Shown piece by piece: positions 1 to 9,822 of a DNA stretch of 64,000 bases (position 1 is its first letter; every line of letters starts with the position of its first letter). A model generated the notes under the pieces. It had not been told where the DNA came from and made no database searches. It worked only from the letters and a program-made list of their open reading frames with translations. The translations under genes and the position numbers were made by a program. Source of the DNA: Candidatus Binatia bacterium (GTDB lineage Bacteria > Desulfobacterota > Binatia > HRBIN30 > JACQVA1); the NCBI GenBank assembly GCA_035541895.1, contig DATKMK010000063.1:140-64139 (forward strand), written 5' to 3'.

Positions 1-792
1 GCGCCGTTGGAAGTTGGGCTTGCGTTTCTGGGTGAAAGCGAGCGGCCCTTCCTTCGCATCTTCGGTACGGAAGATCGGCATGCCGACCTCGAAGTCGAAC
101 GCGAGCGCTTCGGCTTCGCTCATACCGTCGGTCTTGTGCAGGGTCTTGAGGATCGCTTCGACGGCGAGCGGACCATTCTCGGCAATCTGCGCGGCGATCT
201 CCTTGGCTTTTCCCAGTGCCTGCCCGTCGGGTACGACGTGGCCGATGAGACCATATTGGAGCGCCTCTGCCGCCGTGATGTGCTTGCCCGTCAGCAGGAT
301 TTCAGCCGCAACCGTGTAGGGGATCTGGCGGCGCAAGCGGACCGCCGAGCCGGCGCCAGGGTAAAGCCCCCAGCGGACTTCGGAGACGCCGAAGCGCGCA
401 CTCTCACCGGCAATGCGGATGTCGGTGCCTTGCAGAATCTCGGTTCCGCCGGCGATCGCGACTCCTTCCACCGCCGCGATCACGGGTTTCGTCGGTCGGT
501 AGTCGCGCAACAAGGCTTTGAGATAGATCGTCGGATCTTGCCGCACCCGGTTGGTGTACTCGCTCGGCTCCTCGTCGACGTCGCCGCTCATCGCGCGCAG
601 GTCCATGCCGGAACAGAAGTTGCCGCCGGCTCCGGTCAGGATGAAGCAACGCACTTCGCGATCGAGCGAACCTTGGTGCCAGGCTTCGAACATCCGCCCC
701 ATCATATCGGGCGACAGCGCGTTCATCCGCTGCGGCCGATTCATGGTGAGGATCATCACGTGGGGTTCGCGTTCAACCAGCAAGTCAGGCAT
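1..792 (-). CDS. enoyl-CoA hydratase/isomerase (crotonase) family protein; 3' end lies outside the window
   Basis: Manual minus-strand translation from ATG (complement of 790-792): [27 protein letters not shown]...[10 protein letters not shown]...[15 protein letters not shown]...[14 protein letters not shown]. It is open to the window edge, so it is absent from the ORF track. The listed 7..1263(+) ORF is its antisense shadow. Confidence 0.85.
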   Translation of the reverse strand, partial: MPDLLVEREPHVMILTMNRPQRMNALSPDMMGRMFEAWHQGSLDREVRCFILTGAGGNFCSGMDLRAMSGDVDEEPSEYTNRVRQDPTIYLKALLRDYRPTKPVIAAVEGVAIAGGTEILQGTDIRIAGESARFGVSEVRWGLYPGAGSAVRLRRQIPYTVAAEILLTGKHITAAEALQYGLIGHVVPDGQALGKAKEIAAQIAENGPLAVEAILKTLHKTDGMSEAEALAFDFEVGMPIFRTEDAKEGPLAFTQKRKPNFQRR

Positions 793-928
793 GGCGGTCA
801 ACTCCTCGGTCGGGATCTTCAACCGCACACTACAAAACCCGAGCCGAGACGACAATCCAGTCGCGATCCGACGTGGCGTTGCCTGGTTGCGGTAGTTCGA
901 CTACAAGTCCGCGCCGCGAGTGCTCCGA

Positions 929-1606
929 ATGACATCACCGACCGGTCGGCGTCCACGATTCGATATCCACGCGGTCGTCGCCACGCTGCGGCGCGAGTAC
1001 CTAAAGTGGAATGCGCCGGTGGTGACCTTCATCGCCATGCAATCGCGCGACCCGTTTCGCGTGTTGATGTCGTGCTTGCTCAGCTTGCGCACCAAGGACG
1101 AAACCACGGGCCCAGCCTCGCAGCGGTTGTTCGGGTTGGCGGATACGCCGCAGGCGATGCTCAAGCTGACGACGCGGCAAATCGAGAAGGCGATCTATCC
1201 GGTCGGCTTCTATCGCACCAAGGCCAAGACGATCCGCGCGCTGTGCCGTCGGTTGGTCGATGAGTTCGCCGGTCGCGTCCCCGCTGATCTCGACACCCTG
1301 CTGACGTTCAACGGCGTCGGGCGCAAGACCGCCAACCTGGTGTTGATCCAAGGTTTTGGAAAACCCGGCATGTGCGTCGACACCCATGTGCATCGCATCT
1401 CCAATCGCTGGAACTACGTGCACACGAAGAATCCACACGACACCGAGATGGCACTCCGGCGCAAACTCCCGGCCGAATACTGGCTCGACTACAACGACCT
1501 CTTGGTGGCGTTCGGACAGACCATCTGCAAGCCGACGTCACCATTGTGCAGCCGGTGTCCGATTGAAACTCGTTGCCCCAAGCGCGGGGTGACGCGATCG
1601 CGGTAA
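929..1606 (+). CDS. nth: endonuclease III (HhH-GPD DNA glycosylase with 4Fe-4S cluster)
   Basis: LLSLRTKDE, helix-hairpin-helix LTFNGVGRKTANLVL, VDTHVHR, and a C-terminal CKPTSPLCSRCPIETRC cluster (C-x6-C-x2-C-x5-C). GTG at 920 is an alternative start. Confidence 0.9.
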   Translation: MTSPTGRRPRFDIHAVVATLRREYLKWNAPVVTFIAMQSRDPFRVLMSCLLSLRTKDETTGPASQRLFGLADTPQAMLKLTTRQIEKAIYPVGFYRTKAKTIRALCRRLVDEFAGRVPADLDTLLTFNGVGRKTANLVLIQGFGKPGMCVDTHVHRISNRWNYVHTKNPHDTEMALRRKLPAEYWLDYNDLLVAFGQTICKPTSPLCSRCPIETRCPKRGVTRSR

Positions 1607-1686
1607 CGATTTCCGTTGACAAGCCGAGCAGCACGGGACTAGCAGAGAAGCACGGACAGTCGGCACCCGAAGCGCGGAGGGCGCAC

Positions 1687-3381
1687 ATGGCTCGCTACGA
1701 CACGGTGATTCGAGGCGGAATGGTGGTCGACGGCACGCGCATGCCGCGGCGACGCTGCGATGTGGCAATCGTCGACGGACGGATCGCCAAGCTCGGGCAC
1801 ATCAAAGTATCCGAGGCGGCGCGCGTGCTCGACGCGGATGGTCTCATCGTCGCGCCCGGCTTCGTCGATTTGCATACCCACTACGACGCACAGGTATTCT
1901 GGGACCCCTACTGCACGCTATCCGGCTGGCACGGCGTGACCTCGGTGGTGATCGGCAACTGCGGCTTCGGCTTCGCTCCGGTGCGGCCGGCTGATCGCGA
2001 CCGCGCGATGCGGTCGATGACCCGCGTCGAAGCGATTCCGTACAACGCGATGAAAGCCGGATTGCCGTGGGACTGGACGACCTATCCGGAGTTTCTCGAC
2101 CGGCTCGATCGGTTGCCGAAGTCGGTCAACCTGCGGCCGTTCATGCCGGTCAATCCGCTGCTTGTGTGGGTGCTCGGCGTCGAGCGCGCCAAAGCCGGCG
2201 TGATGCCGACCGAGGCCGAACATCGGGAGATCCGACGCTTGCTCCACGAGGCGATGGACCACGGCGCCGGCGGGTGGTCGGCGCAGCGCCTCGAACCGGG
2301 CAGCGGCGTCGAGGTGCAGCGCGACTTCGACGGCTCGCCGATGGTCAGCGATGTGATGCGCGACGAGACCTGCCTGCAGCTTGCTGAGGTGCTGGCCGAG
2401 CGTAACGAGGGCTTCATCCAGATCACATTGGCCAAGAGCGACGGCACGACACTCGATCACATCGCCAAGCTGGCGCGCGTCAGCGGCCGGCCGATTCTGT
2501 GGAACGTCGTCCTGGCGTTCGACAACGCGCCGCACGTGCACAAGGGACAGCTCGCCTGGCTGCGCGAGGTGCACGAGCGCGGGTTGCCCGTGTATGGGCA
2601 GGGGGTCACCACCGACGCCGGGTTCACGTTCTCGTTCGATGAATGGAACCTGTTCGACGAGGTGGAATGTTGGCGTGAAGCGACCACCGGAACGGTGGCG
2701 GAGCGACTGCAAAAGTTGTCTGATCCGACGCGGCGCGCCGCGCTGCGCGCAAATCGGCCGTGGATCAGCCTCAGCGCGATCGAGAAGGTCGTCGTCGCGG
2801 AGACCTTCTGCGACGCGACCAAGCCCTACGTCAACGAGACCATCGGCGATCTCGCCCAACAGCTCGGCAAGGATCCGGTCGACGTGATGCTCGACATCGC
2901 CTGCGCGGACGGGTTGCGCGCGACGTTCTTTTCCTTGCCGGCCAACACTACGCTCGACGGCTTCCGCGATCTCATGCTCGACCCGTTCATCATCCCCGGT
3001 GTCTCCGACGGCGGTGCCCACACTCGTTTCCTCACTGCGGGTCGCTATCCGACCGAGACCATCATTCGCGCGACGCGTGACAATGATATCCTGTCGCTCG
3101 AAGACGTGCACTGGAAGCTGTCGACGTTGCCGGCGTATTGCGCCGGCTTCACCGATCGCGGCACGCTCGAAGAGGGCAAGGCGGCGGACATCGTGGTGTA
3201 CGATTTCAAGCGCCTGGCGATGACGCCGGTGGAGAAGGTCCATGACTTTCCCGCCAACGAGTGGCGCCGAGTCCAGCATGGCGTCGGCTATCGCTACGTG
3301 CTGGTCAACGGTGAAGTCACGATCGAGAACGATCGAGCGACCGGTGTGGCCGCGGGACGCCTGCTGCGGCAGCGTCGGTGA
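1687..3381 (+). CDS. N-acyl-D-amino-acid deacylase (D-aminoacylase) family amidohydrolase
   Basis: MARYDTVIRGGMVVDG...VAPGFVDLHTHYD metal-binding motif. About 560 aa with a C-terminal ...VLVNGEVT beta-sandwich ending. GGAGGG lies 5 nt upstream of ATG 1687. Confidence 0.85.
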   Translation: MARYDTVIRGGMVVDGTRMPRRRCDVAIVDGRIAKLGHIKVSEAARVLDADGLIVAPGFVDLHTHYDAQVFWDPYCTLSGWHGVTSVVIGNCGFGFAPVRPADRDRAMRSMTRVEAIPYNAMKAGLPWDWTTYPEFLDRLDRLPKSVNLRPFMPVNPLLVWVLGVERAKAGVMPTEAEHREIRRLLHEAMDHGAGGWSAQRLEPGSGVEVQRDFDGSPMVSDVMRDETCLQLAEVLAERNEGFIQITLAKSDGTTLDHIAKLARVSGRPILWNVVLAFDNAPHVHKGQLAWLREVHERGLPVYGQGVTTDAGFTFSFDEWNLFDEVECWREATTGTVAERLQKLSDPTRRAALRANRPWISLSAIEKVVVAETFCDATKPYVNETIGDLAQQLGKDPVDVMLDIACADGLRATFFSLPANTTLDGFRDLMLDPFIIPGVSDGGAHTRFLTAGRYPTETIIRATRDNDILSLEDVHWKLSTLPAYCAGFTDRGTLEEGKAADIVVYDFKRLAMTPVEKVHDFPANEWRRVQHGVGYRYVLVNGEVTIENDRATGVAAGRLLRQRR

Positions 3382-3511
3382 TTCCCGTCGCGCTCCATTC
3401 TCACGCGCCGGAATTTCCTCGGAATTTTGAAGCATTTGGTTGGCTCCTGCGTACCGGGGTTGCGTGGCTGGCCGATTGCTCAGCGAACAGGTGAGAGGGA
3501 ATCGAAGCGAC

Positions 3512-3868
3512 GTGGCGCGAGGACGGCGAGACCGAGAAGGCAGAACGATCGCAGCAATGATCGCGATCTTTTGCCGCGATCATCATGGTGGGCGCGTGCT
3601 CTGTGCCGATTGTGCGTCGCTGCTCGCCTATGCTGAGCAACGACTGCAAAAGTGTCCGTTCGGGGAGGACAAGCCGACCTGCGTCAAGTGCCCGGTCCAT
3701 TGCTACAAGCCGGCGTGTCGCGAGCAGGTAAAGGTGGTCATGCGCTACGCTGGACCCCGCCTGTTGTTCCGCCGGCCGATCCTCGCCGTCCGTCATCTGC
3801 TCGATGAGCGCAAGCCGGTACCCGATCAACCGCGGTTCAAGCGACGCGTTTCGACCGATTCCGGATAA
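3512..3868 (+). CDS. ygbA: nitrous-oxide-stimulated promoter (YgbA) family Cys-rich protein
   Basis: QRLQKCPFGEDKPTCVKCPVHCYKPACREQVKVVMRYAGPRLLFRRPILAVRHLLDE closely matches my recollection of E. coli YgbA. Similarity extends upstream of ATG 3557, so a GTG start near 3512 is proposed (uncertain). Confidence 0.7.
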   Translation: MARGRRDREGRTIAAMIAIFCRDHHGGRVLCADCASLLAYAEQRLQKCPFGEDKPTCVKCPVHCYKPACREQVKVVMRYAGPRLLFRRPILAVRHLLDERKPVPDQPRFKRRVSTDSG

Positions 3869-4039
3869 GCTTTCGCGGCCGTCCGCATCGCGTGCGAGTC
3901 TGCCCCTCCAATGAGCACGCTCGCGCAAATTCGCCTGTTGAATGAGCAACCTCGAATAGCCGGCATCTTCATAGCCAACGAGGCGAGGACTCACCTGGTG
4001 GCGTACGCGTTGCTGAGGCATTTGCGCAGGAGGGGCAAC

Positions 4040-4159
4040 ATGCACCAGGAAGCACGCGATCGGATGGAGGACCGACGAGACCGGTTTTGGTATCGAACCT
4101 TTTGGGCCTCACTCGCGGTCTGTGAAGTGCTGGGACTGATCCTGATCCGAAGCTACTGA
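4040..4159 (+). CDS. hypothetical 39-aa protein with one C-terminal hydrophobic helix
   Basis: AGGAGG lies 6 nt upstream of ATG 4040. Sequence is MHQEARDRMEDRRDRFWYRTFWASLAVCEVLGLILIRSY. No family recognised; it sits just upstream of the DUF1624 gene. Confidence 0.25.
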   Translation: MHQEARDRMEDRRDRFWYRTFWASLAVCEVLGLILIRSY

Positions 4160-4174
4160 TCGCCAGGTGAGTCG

Positions 4175-5266
4175 ATGCCGGTGCCGCGCGCGCAACGGCT
4201 GGTGGCCCTGGACGTCTTTCGCGGCATGACCGTCGCCGCGATGATTTTGGTCAACAACCCGGGCGAGTATGCCGCGGTCTACCGTCCGCTACAGCATGCC
4301 GAGTGGAACGGCTGCACGCCCACCGATCTGATTTTTCCCTTCTTTCTCTTCATCACCGGCGTCGCGATTCCGTTCTCGCTGGCCTCGACGAGCGAGAGCG
4401 GTTGGAGACTGCGAGGCCGCATTACGCGACGGGCGCTCGTCGTTTTTGCGCTCGGGATCTTCCTCAACGGCTTTCCAGCATTTACCTGGTCGACGCTGCG
4501 GATTCCCGGCGTCTTGCAGCGGATCGCACTATGTTACGGCTGTGCCTCGCTGGTCGTCCTCGAACTGAGCATCCCAGCGCAGGCTCTAACTGCCCTGTTC
4601 TTCGTGGCGGGGTACTGGTTCGCGATGACGTGGGTGCCTTCAGCGGCAAGTCCCGACGCGAATCCTGCCGCGAGGCTCGACAACTATCTGATGCACGGTC
4701 ATCTCTTGCATGACGCCTGGGATCCCGAAGGCGTGCTCAGTACGTTGCCCGCCATCGCCACCACGCTGTGCGGCGCGCTAACCGGTCATTGGCTGCGCAC
4801 ATCCCATCCGATCGCGGAGCGGATTCGTTTGCTCTGGATCTGGGGCGCGCTCGGTCTCTGTGCCGGGCTCATGGTCGACGACCGCTGGTGGCCGATGAAC
4901 AAGAGCTTGTGGACCGGTTCCTTCGTGTTGTTCACGACCGGGGCGGCACTGCTGATGCTCGGGTTGTGTCTCTGGGTGTGCGAGTTCCCAGGCGGCACGG
5001 CGTGGACCAAGCCGTTCGCGGCGTTTGGCAGCAATCCGATCGTCGCCTACGTGTTGTCGGTGCTGGTGGCCAAGCTCTTGTACCTCTGGCGCATTCCACG
5101 TGCCGACGGATCACTCACCGCCGCCAGTCACTACGTGTTCGAACGGATATTTCTGCCGATTGCAACGCCCTTCGACGCGTCGCTGCTGTACGCGGTCGGC
5201 TATACGCTCCTCTGGCTCCTGGTTTCGAGCTTCCTCTACCGGCGGCACGTGCTGATTCGAATCTGA
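4175..5266 (+). CDS. DUF1624/DUF5009 acyltransferase-like membrane protein (heparan-alpha-glucosaminide N-acetyltransferase-like)
   Basis: N-terminal RLVALDVFRGMTVAAMILVNNPG motif and a polytopic hydrophobic profile throughout. Confidence 0.8.
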   Translation: MPVPRAQRLVALDVFRGMTVAAMILVNNPGEYAAVYRPLQHAEWNGCTPTDLIFPFFLFITGVAIPFSLASTSESGWRLRGRITRRALVVFALGIFLNGFPAFTWSTLRIPGVLQRIALCYGCASLVVLELSIPAQALTALFFVAGYWFAMTWVPSAASPDANPAARLDNYLMHGHLLHDAWDPEGVLSTLPAIATTLCGALTGHWLRTSHPIAERIRLLWIWGALGLCAGLMVDDRWWPMNKSLWTGSFVLFTTGAALLMLGLCLWVCEFPGGTAWTKPFAAFGSNPIVAYVLSVLVAKLLYLWRIPRADGSLTAASHYVFERIFLPIATPFDASLLYAVGYTLLWLLVSSFLYRRHVLIRI

Positions 5267-5417
5267 AGCGAATGCCCTGCTTGTAGGCACCTGACTATCC
5301 GGTCATCAGCGACCGCCCCGCCGGGTCCTCCTGCCGCTGCTCGCCAGCGGTGAGGTCCGGCGAGGCACGCCCTGTGCAGGTCTTGCACTCGCCGCATCGC
5401 ACAAAGGGGGATGCCGG

Positions 5418-6917
5418 ATGCTGTTCGATCGATACGACACCGGGAATTTTTTTGACGAGTCGCTGCTCGCTGACGGCCGGCCGCGGCCGGAGGCTGCGGT
5501 GCTGGTGGAAAAGCTGCGGTCATTTTCGCCTGCGGAGTTGCGGCGGCGCCAGCACACCGCCGAGCGCTTGCTCTTGCAAATGGGCATCACGTTCAACGTT
5601 TACGGCGATACGGCGGGCACCGAACGGATCTTCCCGTTCGACATCGTTCCACGCGTCGTCGCGGCCACCGAATGGGCGATCATCGAGCGCGGACTCAAGC
5701 AGCGCGTCCACGCGCTCAACGCGTTCATCGACGACATCTATCACGAGCAGCGGATCATCAAGGACGGCGTTGTGCCGGCGGAGATCGTGCGCTCGGCGAA
5801 ATCGTTCCGTCAACCGTGCGTGAATCTCCACCCGCCGCGCGGCATTTGGTGCCACATCACCGGCACCGACTTGGTACGCGATCGCGACGGTCAGATTTAC
5901 GTTCTCGAAGACAACCTGCGCTGTCCGTCGGGGGTCTCGTACGTGCTGGAAAATCGGCACGTGATGAAGCGCACGTTTCCCGAAGTGTTCGAGGCCTCGC
6001 ACGTGCTGCCGGTCGACGACTACGCGAGCCGCTTGCTCGACATGCTGCAGTACGTGGCGCCGCCGGCCGGGAGTTCGCCGACGGTGGCCGTGCTGACGCC
6101 GGGCATCTACAACTCGGCGTACTTCGAGCACTCGTTCTTGGCGCAGCAGATGGGCGTGGAGTTGATCGAAGGCCGCGATCTCATGGTCGCCGACGGGTGG
6201 GTGTGCGCGCGCACCACGCGCGGCTTGCAGCGCGTCGACGTGATCTATCGCCGCATCGACGATGATTCGCTCGATCCGCTCGCGTTCAAACCCGACTCGG
6301 TGCTCGGCGTTCCGGGGATCATGGACGTGTACCGCGCCGGCCGCGTGGCGCTGGTCAACGCGCCCGGCACCGGCATCGCCGACGACAAGGTAATCTATGC
6401 CTACGTCCCCAAAATCGTGCGGTACTACGAAGGTGAGGAGCCGATTCTCGCGAACGTGCCGACCTATGTGTGTTGGGACGTCCGCGATCGGCAGTATGTG
6501 CTCGAACACCTCGATCAGGTGGTGGTCAAGGCCGCAAACGAATCGGGCGGCTATGGGATGCTGGTCGGGCCGCACTCGACCGCGGCCGAGCGCGAGGAAT
6601 TCGCGCGGCGGATCAACGCGCATCCGCGGAACTACATCGCGCAGCCGACGCTCGGACTCTCGCGTGCGCCCGTGCTGATCGACGATCACTGCGAAGGGCG
6701 TCACGTCGATCTGCGGCCCTATGTCCTCTACGGCCGCGACATTTACGTCCTGCCCGGCGGCCTGACGCGCGTGGCGCTCAAGAAAGGCTCGCTGGTGGTG
6801 AACTCGTCGCAGGGCGGCGGCAGCAAAGATACCTGGGTCGTCGCGGCGCCGACGCGCGCCTGCGCCGATCAACCCGCGCGGAGCGCCAAATCCACCGCCG
6901 CATCTGTCGCATGCTGA
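5418..6917 (+). CDS. circularly permuted type-2 ATP-grasp protein
   Basis: [14 protein letters not shown]...[10 protein letters not shown]...[11 protein letters not shown]...[13 protein letters not shown]...GGYGMLVG are typical of the CP ATP-grasp family found beside alpha-E proteins. Its stop overlaps the next start (ATGCTGA). Confidence 0.9.
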   Translation: MLFDRYDTGNFFDESLLADGRPRPEAAVLVEKLRSFSPAELRRRQHTAERLLLQMGITFNVYGDTAGTERIFPFDIVPRVVAATEWAIIERGLKQRVHALNAFIDDIYHEQRIIKDGVVPAEIVRSAKSFRQPCVNLHPPRGIWCHITGTDLVRDRDGQIYVLEDNLRCPSGVSYVLENRHVMKRTFPEVFEASHVLPVDDYASRLLDMLQYVAPPAGSSPTVAVLTPGIYNSAYFEHSFLAQQMGVELIEGRDLMVADGWVCARTTRGLQRVDVIYRRIDDDSLDPLAFKPDSVLGVPGIMDVYRAGRVALVNAPGTGIADDKVIYAYVPKIVRYYEGEEPILANVPTYVCWDVRDRQYVLEHLDQVVVKAANESGGYGMLVGPHSTAAEREEFARRINAHPRNYIAQPTLGLSRAPVLIDDHCEGRHVDLRPYVLYGRDIYVLPGGLTRVALKKGSLVVNSSQGGGSKDTWVVAAPTRACADQPARSAKSTAASVAC

Positions 6918-7909
6918 GCCGCGTTGCCGATTCCATTTACTGGATGAGCCGCTACATCGAGCGCGCCGAAAACGTTGCGCGCTGCGTGGAGGTCAACGTC
7001 CATCTCACGCTCGACCTCGCGGCAGCCGCCACCGCGGAGCAGTGGGAGGCCTTGGTCACGACCTCGGGCGACCGAGCGCTGTTCGCCGAACGGTTCGCCG
7101 TGCCGTCGCGGACCAACGTCATCAAGTTTCTCGCCTTTGACGTGGAGAATCCGAACTCGATCCTCTCCTGTCTAACGGCGGCCCGCGAAAACGCACGCTT
7201 GATCCGGGAAGTCATCACCAGCGAGATGTGGGAACAGCTCAACATGTTCTACCTGCTCGTGCGCGATGCCGCGCGTGACGCCAGCGTGCTGGAGGCGCCG
7301 CAGGATTTTCTGACCCACGTCCGCATGGCCAGCCATCTGTTCACCGGCGTCACCGACGCCACCATGTCGCACGGCGAGGCGTGGCGCTTCTGCCGCCTCG
7401 GCCGCAAACTCGAGCGCGCGGACAAGACGACGCGCATCCTCGATGTGAAATACTTCTTGCTGTTGCCGACGGTCGAGGAAGTTGGAACGCCCGCCGACGA
7501 TGTGCAGTGGATCGCCGTGCTGCGCTCCGCCAGCGCGCTCGAAATGTACCGCAAGCGCTACGGGCGCGTGGCGCCCGATCGCGTCGTCGACTTCCTGCTG
7601 CTCGACCGCGAGTTCCCGCGCGCGGTCCACTATTGCCTGATCGCCGCCGACGAATCGTTGCACGCGATCTCGGGCACGCCGATCGGAACGTTCAGCAACG
7701 CGGCCGAGCAGCGTCTCGGTCAGTTGCGGTCGGAGTTGGCGTTCACCGATGTCGCCGACATCGTCGCCGCCGGCTTGCACGAATTTCTCGACGGATTGCA
7801 GCTCCGCCTGAATCGGGTCGGCGACGCGATTCACGAAACCTTCTTCGTGCGATCGATGGAAGCCGATCACGTCGGACCCCGTTTCGCGCTGTGGAGTGCG
7901 GCGCAATGA
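6911..7909 (+). CDS. alpha-E domain-containing protein
   Basis: [29 protein letters not shown] is the hallmark alpha-E N-terminus. The part of the track ORF upstream of 6911 overlaps the ATP-grasp gene and is not coding. Confidence 0.9.
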   Translation: MLSRVADSIYWMSRYIERAENVARCVEVNVHLTLDLAAAATAEQWEALVTTSGDRALFAERFAVPSRTNVIKFLAFDVENPNSILSCLTAARENARLIREVITSEMWEQLNMFYLLVRDAARDASVLEAPQDFLTHVRMASHLFTGVTDATMSHGEAWRFCRLGRKLERADKTTRILDVKYFLLLPTVEEVGTPADDVQWIAVLRSASALEMYRKRYGRVAPDRVVDFLLLDREFPRAVHYCLIAADESLHAISGTPIGTFSNAAEQRLGQLRSELAFTDVADIVAAGLHEFLDGLQLRLNRVGDAIHETFFVRSMEADHVGPRFALWSAAQ

Positions 7910-8658
7910 CGTTTTGTCTCGGCATCAAAGTCGACGACGGCCTGGTGAGCATCGCCGACACGTTGATCACCACCGGCAGCGAATGCAGCACGGCGGCGAA
8001 GATCTTCACCTACCAGCACGAGCGCCAGTGCCTGTTCATCATGACCTCGGGCCTGCGCTCGGTGCGCGACAAGGCGCTGACCTACTTCGAAGAGGTGCTC
8101 GACGAAAGCGGCCCGACCTTCGATCGCCTCTTCAAGGCGCTCAATGAGTTCGGCGCGCAAGTTCGGCGTGTCGCCGAGGAAGACAAGGAGGCGCTGGCGG
8201 CGAGCGGCTTGGTGTTCAACATCCACGCCCTGGTCGGCGGTCAATTCGAGCGCGACCGCGAGCACAAGCTCTATCTGTTGTATCCGCAAGCCAACTGGGT
8301 GGAGATCGGCCAGGGGACGCCGTCGCAAATCATCGGCGCCGCCGGCTACGGCAAGCCGGTGCTCGACCGCACCTTGAAGTATCAAGATCCGATGTCGTTC
8401 GCGTTGAAGGTCGGGTGCCTGGCCTTCGATTCGACTCGCATCAGCGCCGCCGACGTCGACTTCCCGATCGACGTGGTGCTCTACGAGCGCAACTCGTTCC
8501 AACTCGTGCAGCAGCGCTACGAGAAGCAGGACCTCGCCGAAATCTCCAATTGGTGGCAGGAACGCCTGCGCAAGTCGGTCAACGAGCTGCGGTCGGATTG
8601 GGCCGAGCCGCTGCTATCGCGACTTCCGTCGCGGCAGGCGGTGGCCGACGAGAGCTGA
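7906..8658 (+). CDS. Anbu-type proteasome-like peptidase (ancestral beta subunit)
   Basis: [24 protein letters not shown] has Thr directly after the initiator Met (Ntn nucleophile position). About 250 aa, with an ATGA overlap with the alpha-E stop. Genomic context is ATP-grasp + alpha-E. Confidence 0.85.
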   Translation: MTFCLGIKVDDGLVSIADTLITTGSECSTAAKIFTYQHERQCLFIMTSGLRSVRDKALTYFEEVLDESGPTFDRLFKALNEFGAQVRRVAEEDKEALAASGLVFNIHALVGGQFERDREHKLYLLYPQANWVEIGQGTPSQIIGAAGYGKPVLDRTLKYQDPMSFALKVGCLAFDSTRISAADVDFPIDVVLYERNSFQLVQQRYEKQDLAEISNWWQERLRKSVNELRSDWAEPLLSRLPSRQAVADES

Positions 8659-8676
8659 CGGATCCTTTTCGCCCAC

Positions 8677-9804
8677 TCACTCGGCGCCGGCCGTCAGTCG
8701 CTGCAGGCGCTCGGTCGCTTCGAGGTATTCTTCCACCAGCGAGCGAATGACTTCTCTGACCGGGCGGATGCTGTTCATTTGACCGACGATCTGACCGACC
8801 GGGTTGAACAGCACCTTCTTCGCCTTGTCGGCGTAACGATGGCCGCGGGCCACGGCGTCGGAGGTCACCATGAACTGGAGCGGCATGCCGAGCGGGCCGG
8901 GCGAGTCGGGGCCTTCCCAGGCTTCGGTCCAATCGTTGCGCAGCATGCGGCAGGGCTTGCCGGTGAACGAGCGCGAGCGGACGGTGTCGCGGCTGGTGGC
9001 GTCGAGCAACTGTTGCATCTGCGCCGGCGGTGCGTCGGCTTCTTGCACCGTGAGCCAGAGCGAGCCGGTCCACACGCCTTGTGCACCCATCGCCAGCGCT
9101 GCGGCGATCTGGCGGCCGGTGCCGATGCCGCCGGCGGCGAGTACCGGCGTTGGCGCAACCGCATCGATGACTTCCGGCCACAGCACGACGCTGCCGATTT
9201 CTCCGGTGTGACCGCCGCCCTCGTAGCCCTGCGCGATGATGATGTCGATGCCGGCGGCCTTGTGCGAGCGCGCGTGTTTCGGCGAGCCGCAGAGCGCCGC
9301 CACCAGCCGTCCCGATCGGTGGATTTCGTCGATGATGTCGGTGGGCGGCGTGCCCAGCGCGTTGGCGATGAGTTTCACCTTGGGATGCTTGAGCGCAACT
9401 TCGACCTGCGGCGTGGCGGTCGCGGCGGTCCAACCCAGCAGTTGCCCGACCGGCCGCTCGCCCTCGGGAAGTTTTGGAACGCCGTGATCCGCGAGGACCT
9501 TGTCGGCGAAGGCGCGATGCTGTGGCGGAACGGAGGCCAGCAGTTGCTCTTCCAATTTCTTCGGATCGATCTCGCCCATGCCTTCGTACTTGCCGGGAAT
9601 CACGATGTCGACGCCGTACGGCCGGTCGCCGATATGTTCGTCGATCCACTTCAATTCGATTTCGAGCTGATCCGGAGGAAATCCGACCGCGCCGAGGACG
9701 CCGAAGCCGCCGGCCTTGCCGACGGCCGCGACCACGTCGCGGCAATGCGTGAAGGCGAAGATGGGGAATTCGATGCCCAGTCGATCACAGAGTTCGGTAT
9801 GCAT
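8677..9804 (-). CDS. nitronate monooxygenase (2-nitropropane dioxygenase/FabK-like) family FMN oxidoreductase
   Basis: LGIEFPIFAFTH...GGFGVLG...IIAQGYEGGGHTG...LAAGGIGTG motifs. Confidence 0.85.
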   Translation of the reverse strand: MHTELCDRLGIEFPIFAFTHCRDVVAAVGKAGGFGVLGAVGFPPDQLEIELKWIDEHIGDRPYGVDIVIPGKYEGMGEIDPKKLEEQLLASVPPQHRAFADKVLADHGVPKLPEGERPVGQLLGWTAATATPQVEVALKHPKVKLIANALGTPPTDIIDEIHRSGRLVAALCGSPKHARSHKAAGIDIIIAQGYEGGGHTGEIGSVVLWPEVIDAVAPTPVLAAGGIGTGRQIAAALAMGAQGVWTGSLWLTVQEADAPPAQMQQLLDATSRDTVRSRSFTGKPCRMLRNDWTEAWEGPDSPGPLGMPLQFMVTSDAVARGHRYADKAKKVLFNPVGQIVGQMNSIRPVREVIRSLVEEYLEATERLQRLTAGAE

Positions 9805-9822
9805 GGAGGGCTCCTTACAAAG

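Noticed and set aside
7-1263. 418-aa plus-strand ORF at the left edge
   Set aside because: It is antisense to a clear crotonase (manual translation of the minus strand gives canonical motifs) and overlaps the nth start. No recognisable motifs.
3401-4045. 214-aa minus-strand ORF
   Set aside because: It is antisense to the well-supported ygbA-like gene and has no recognisable motifs.
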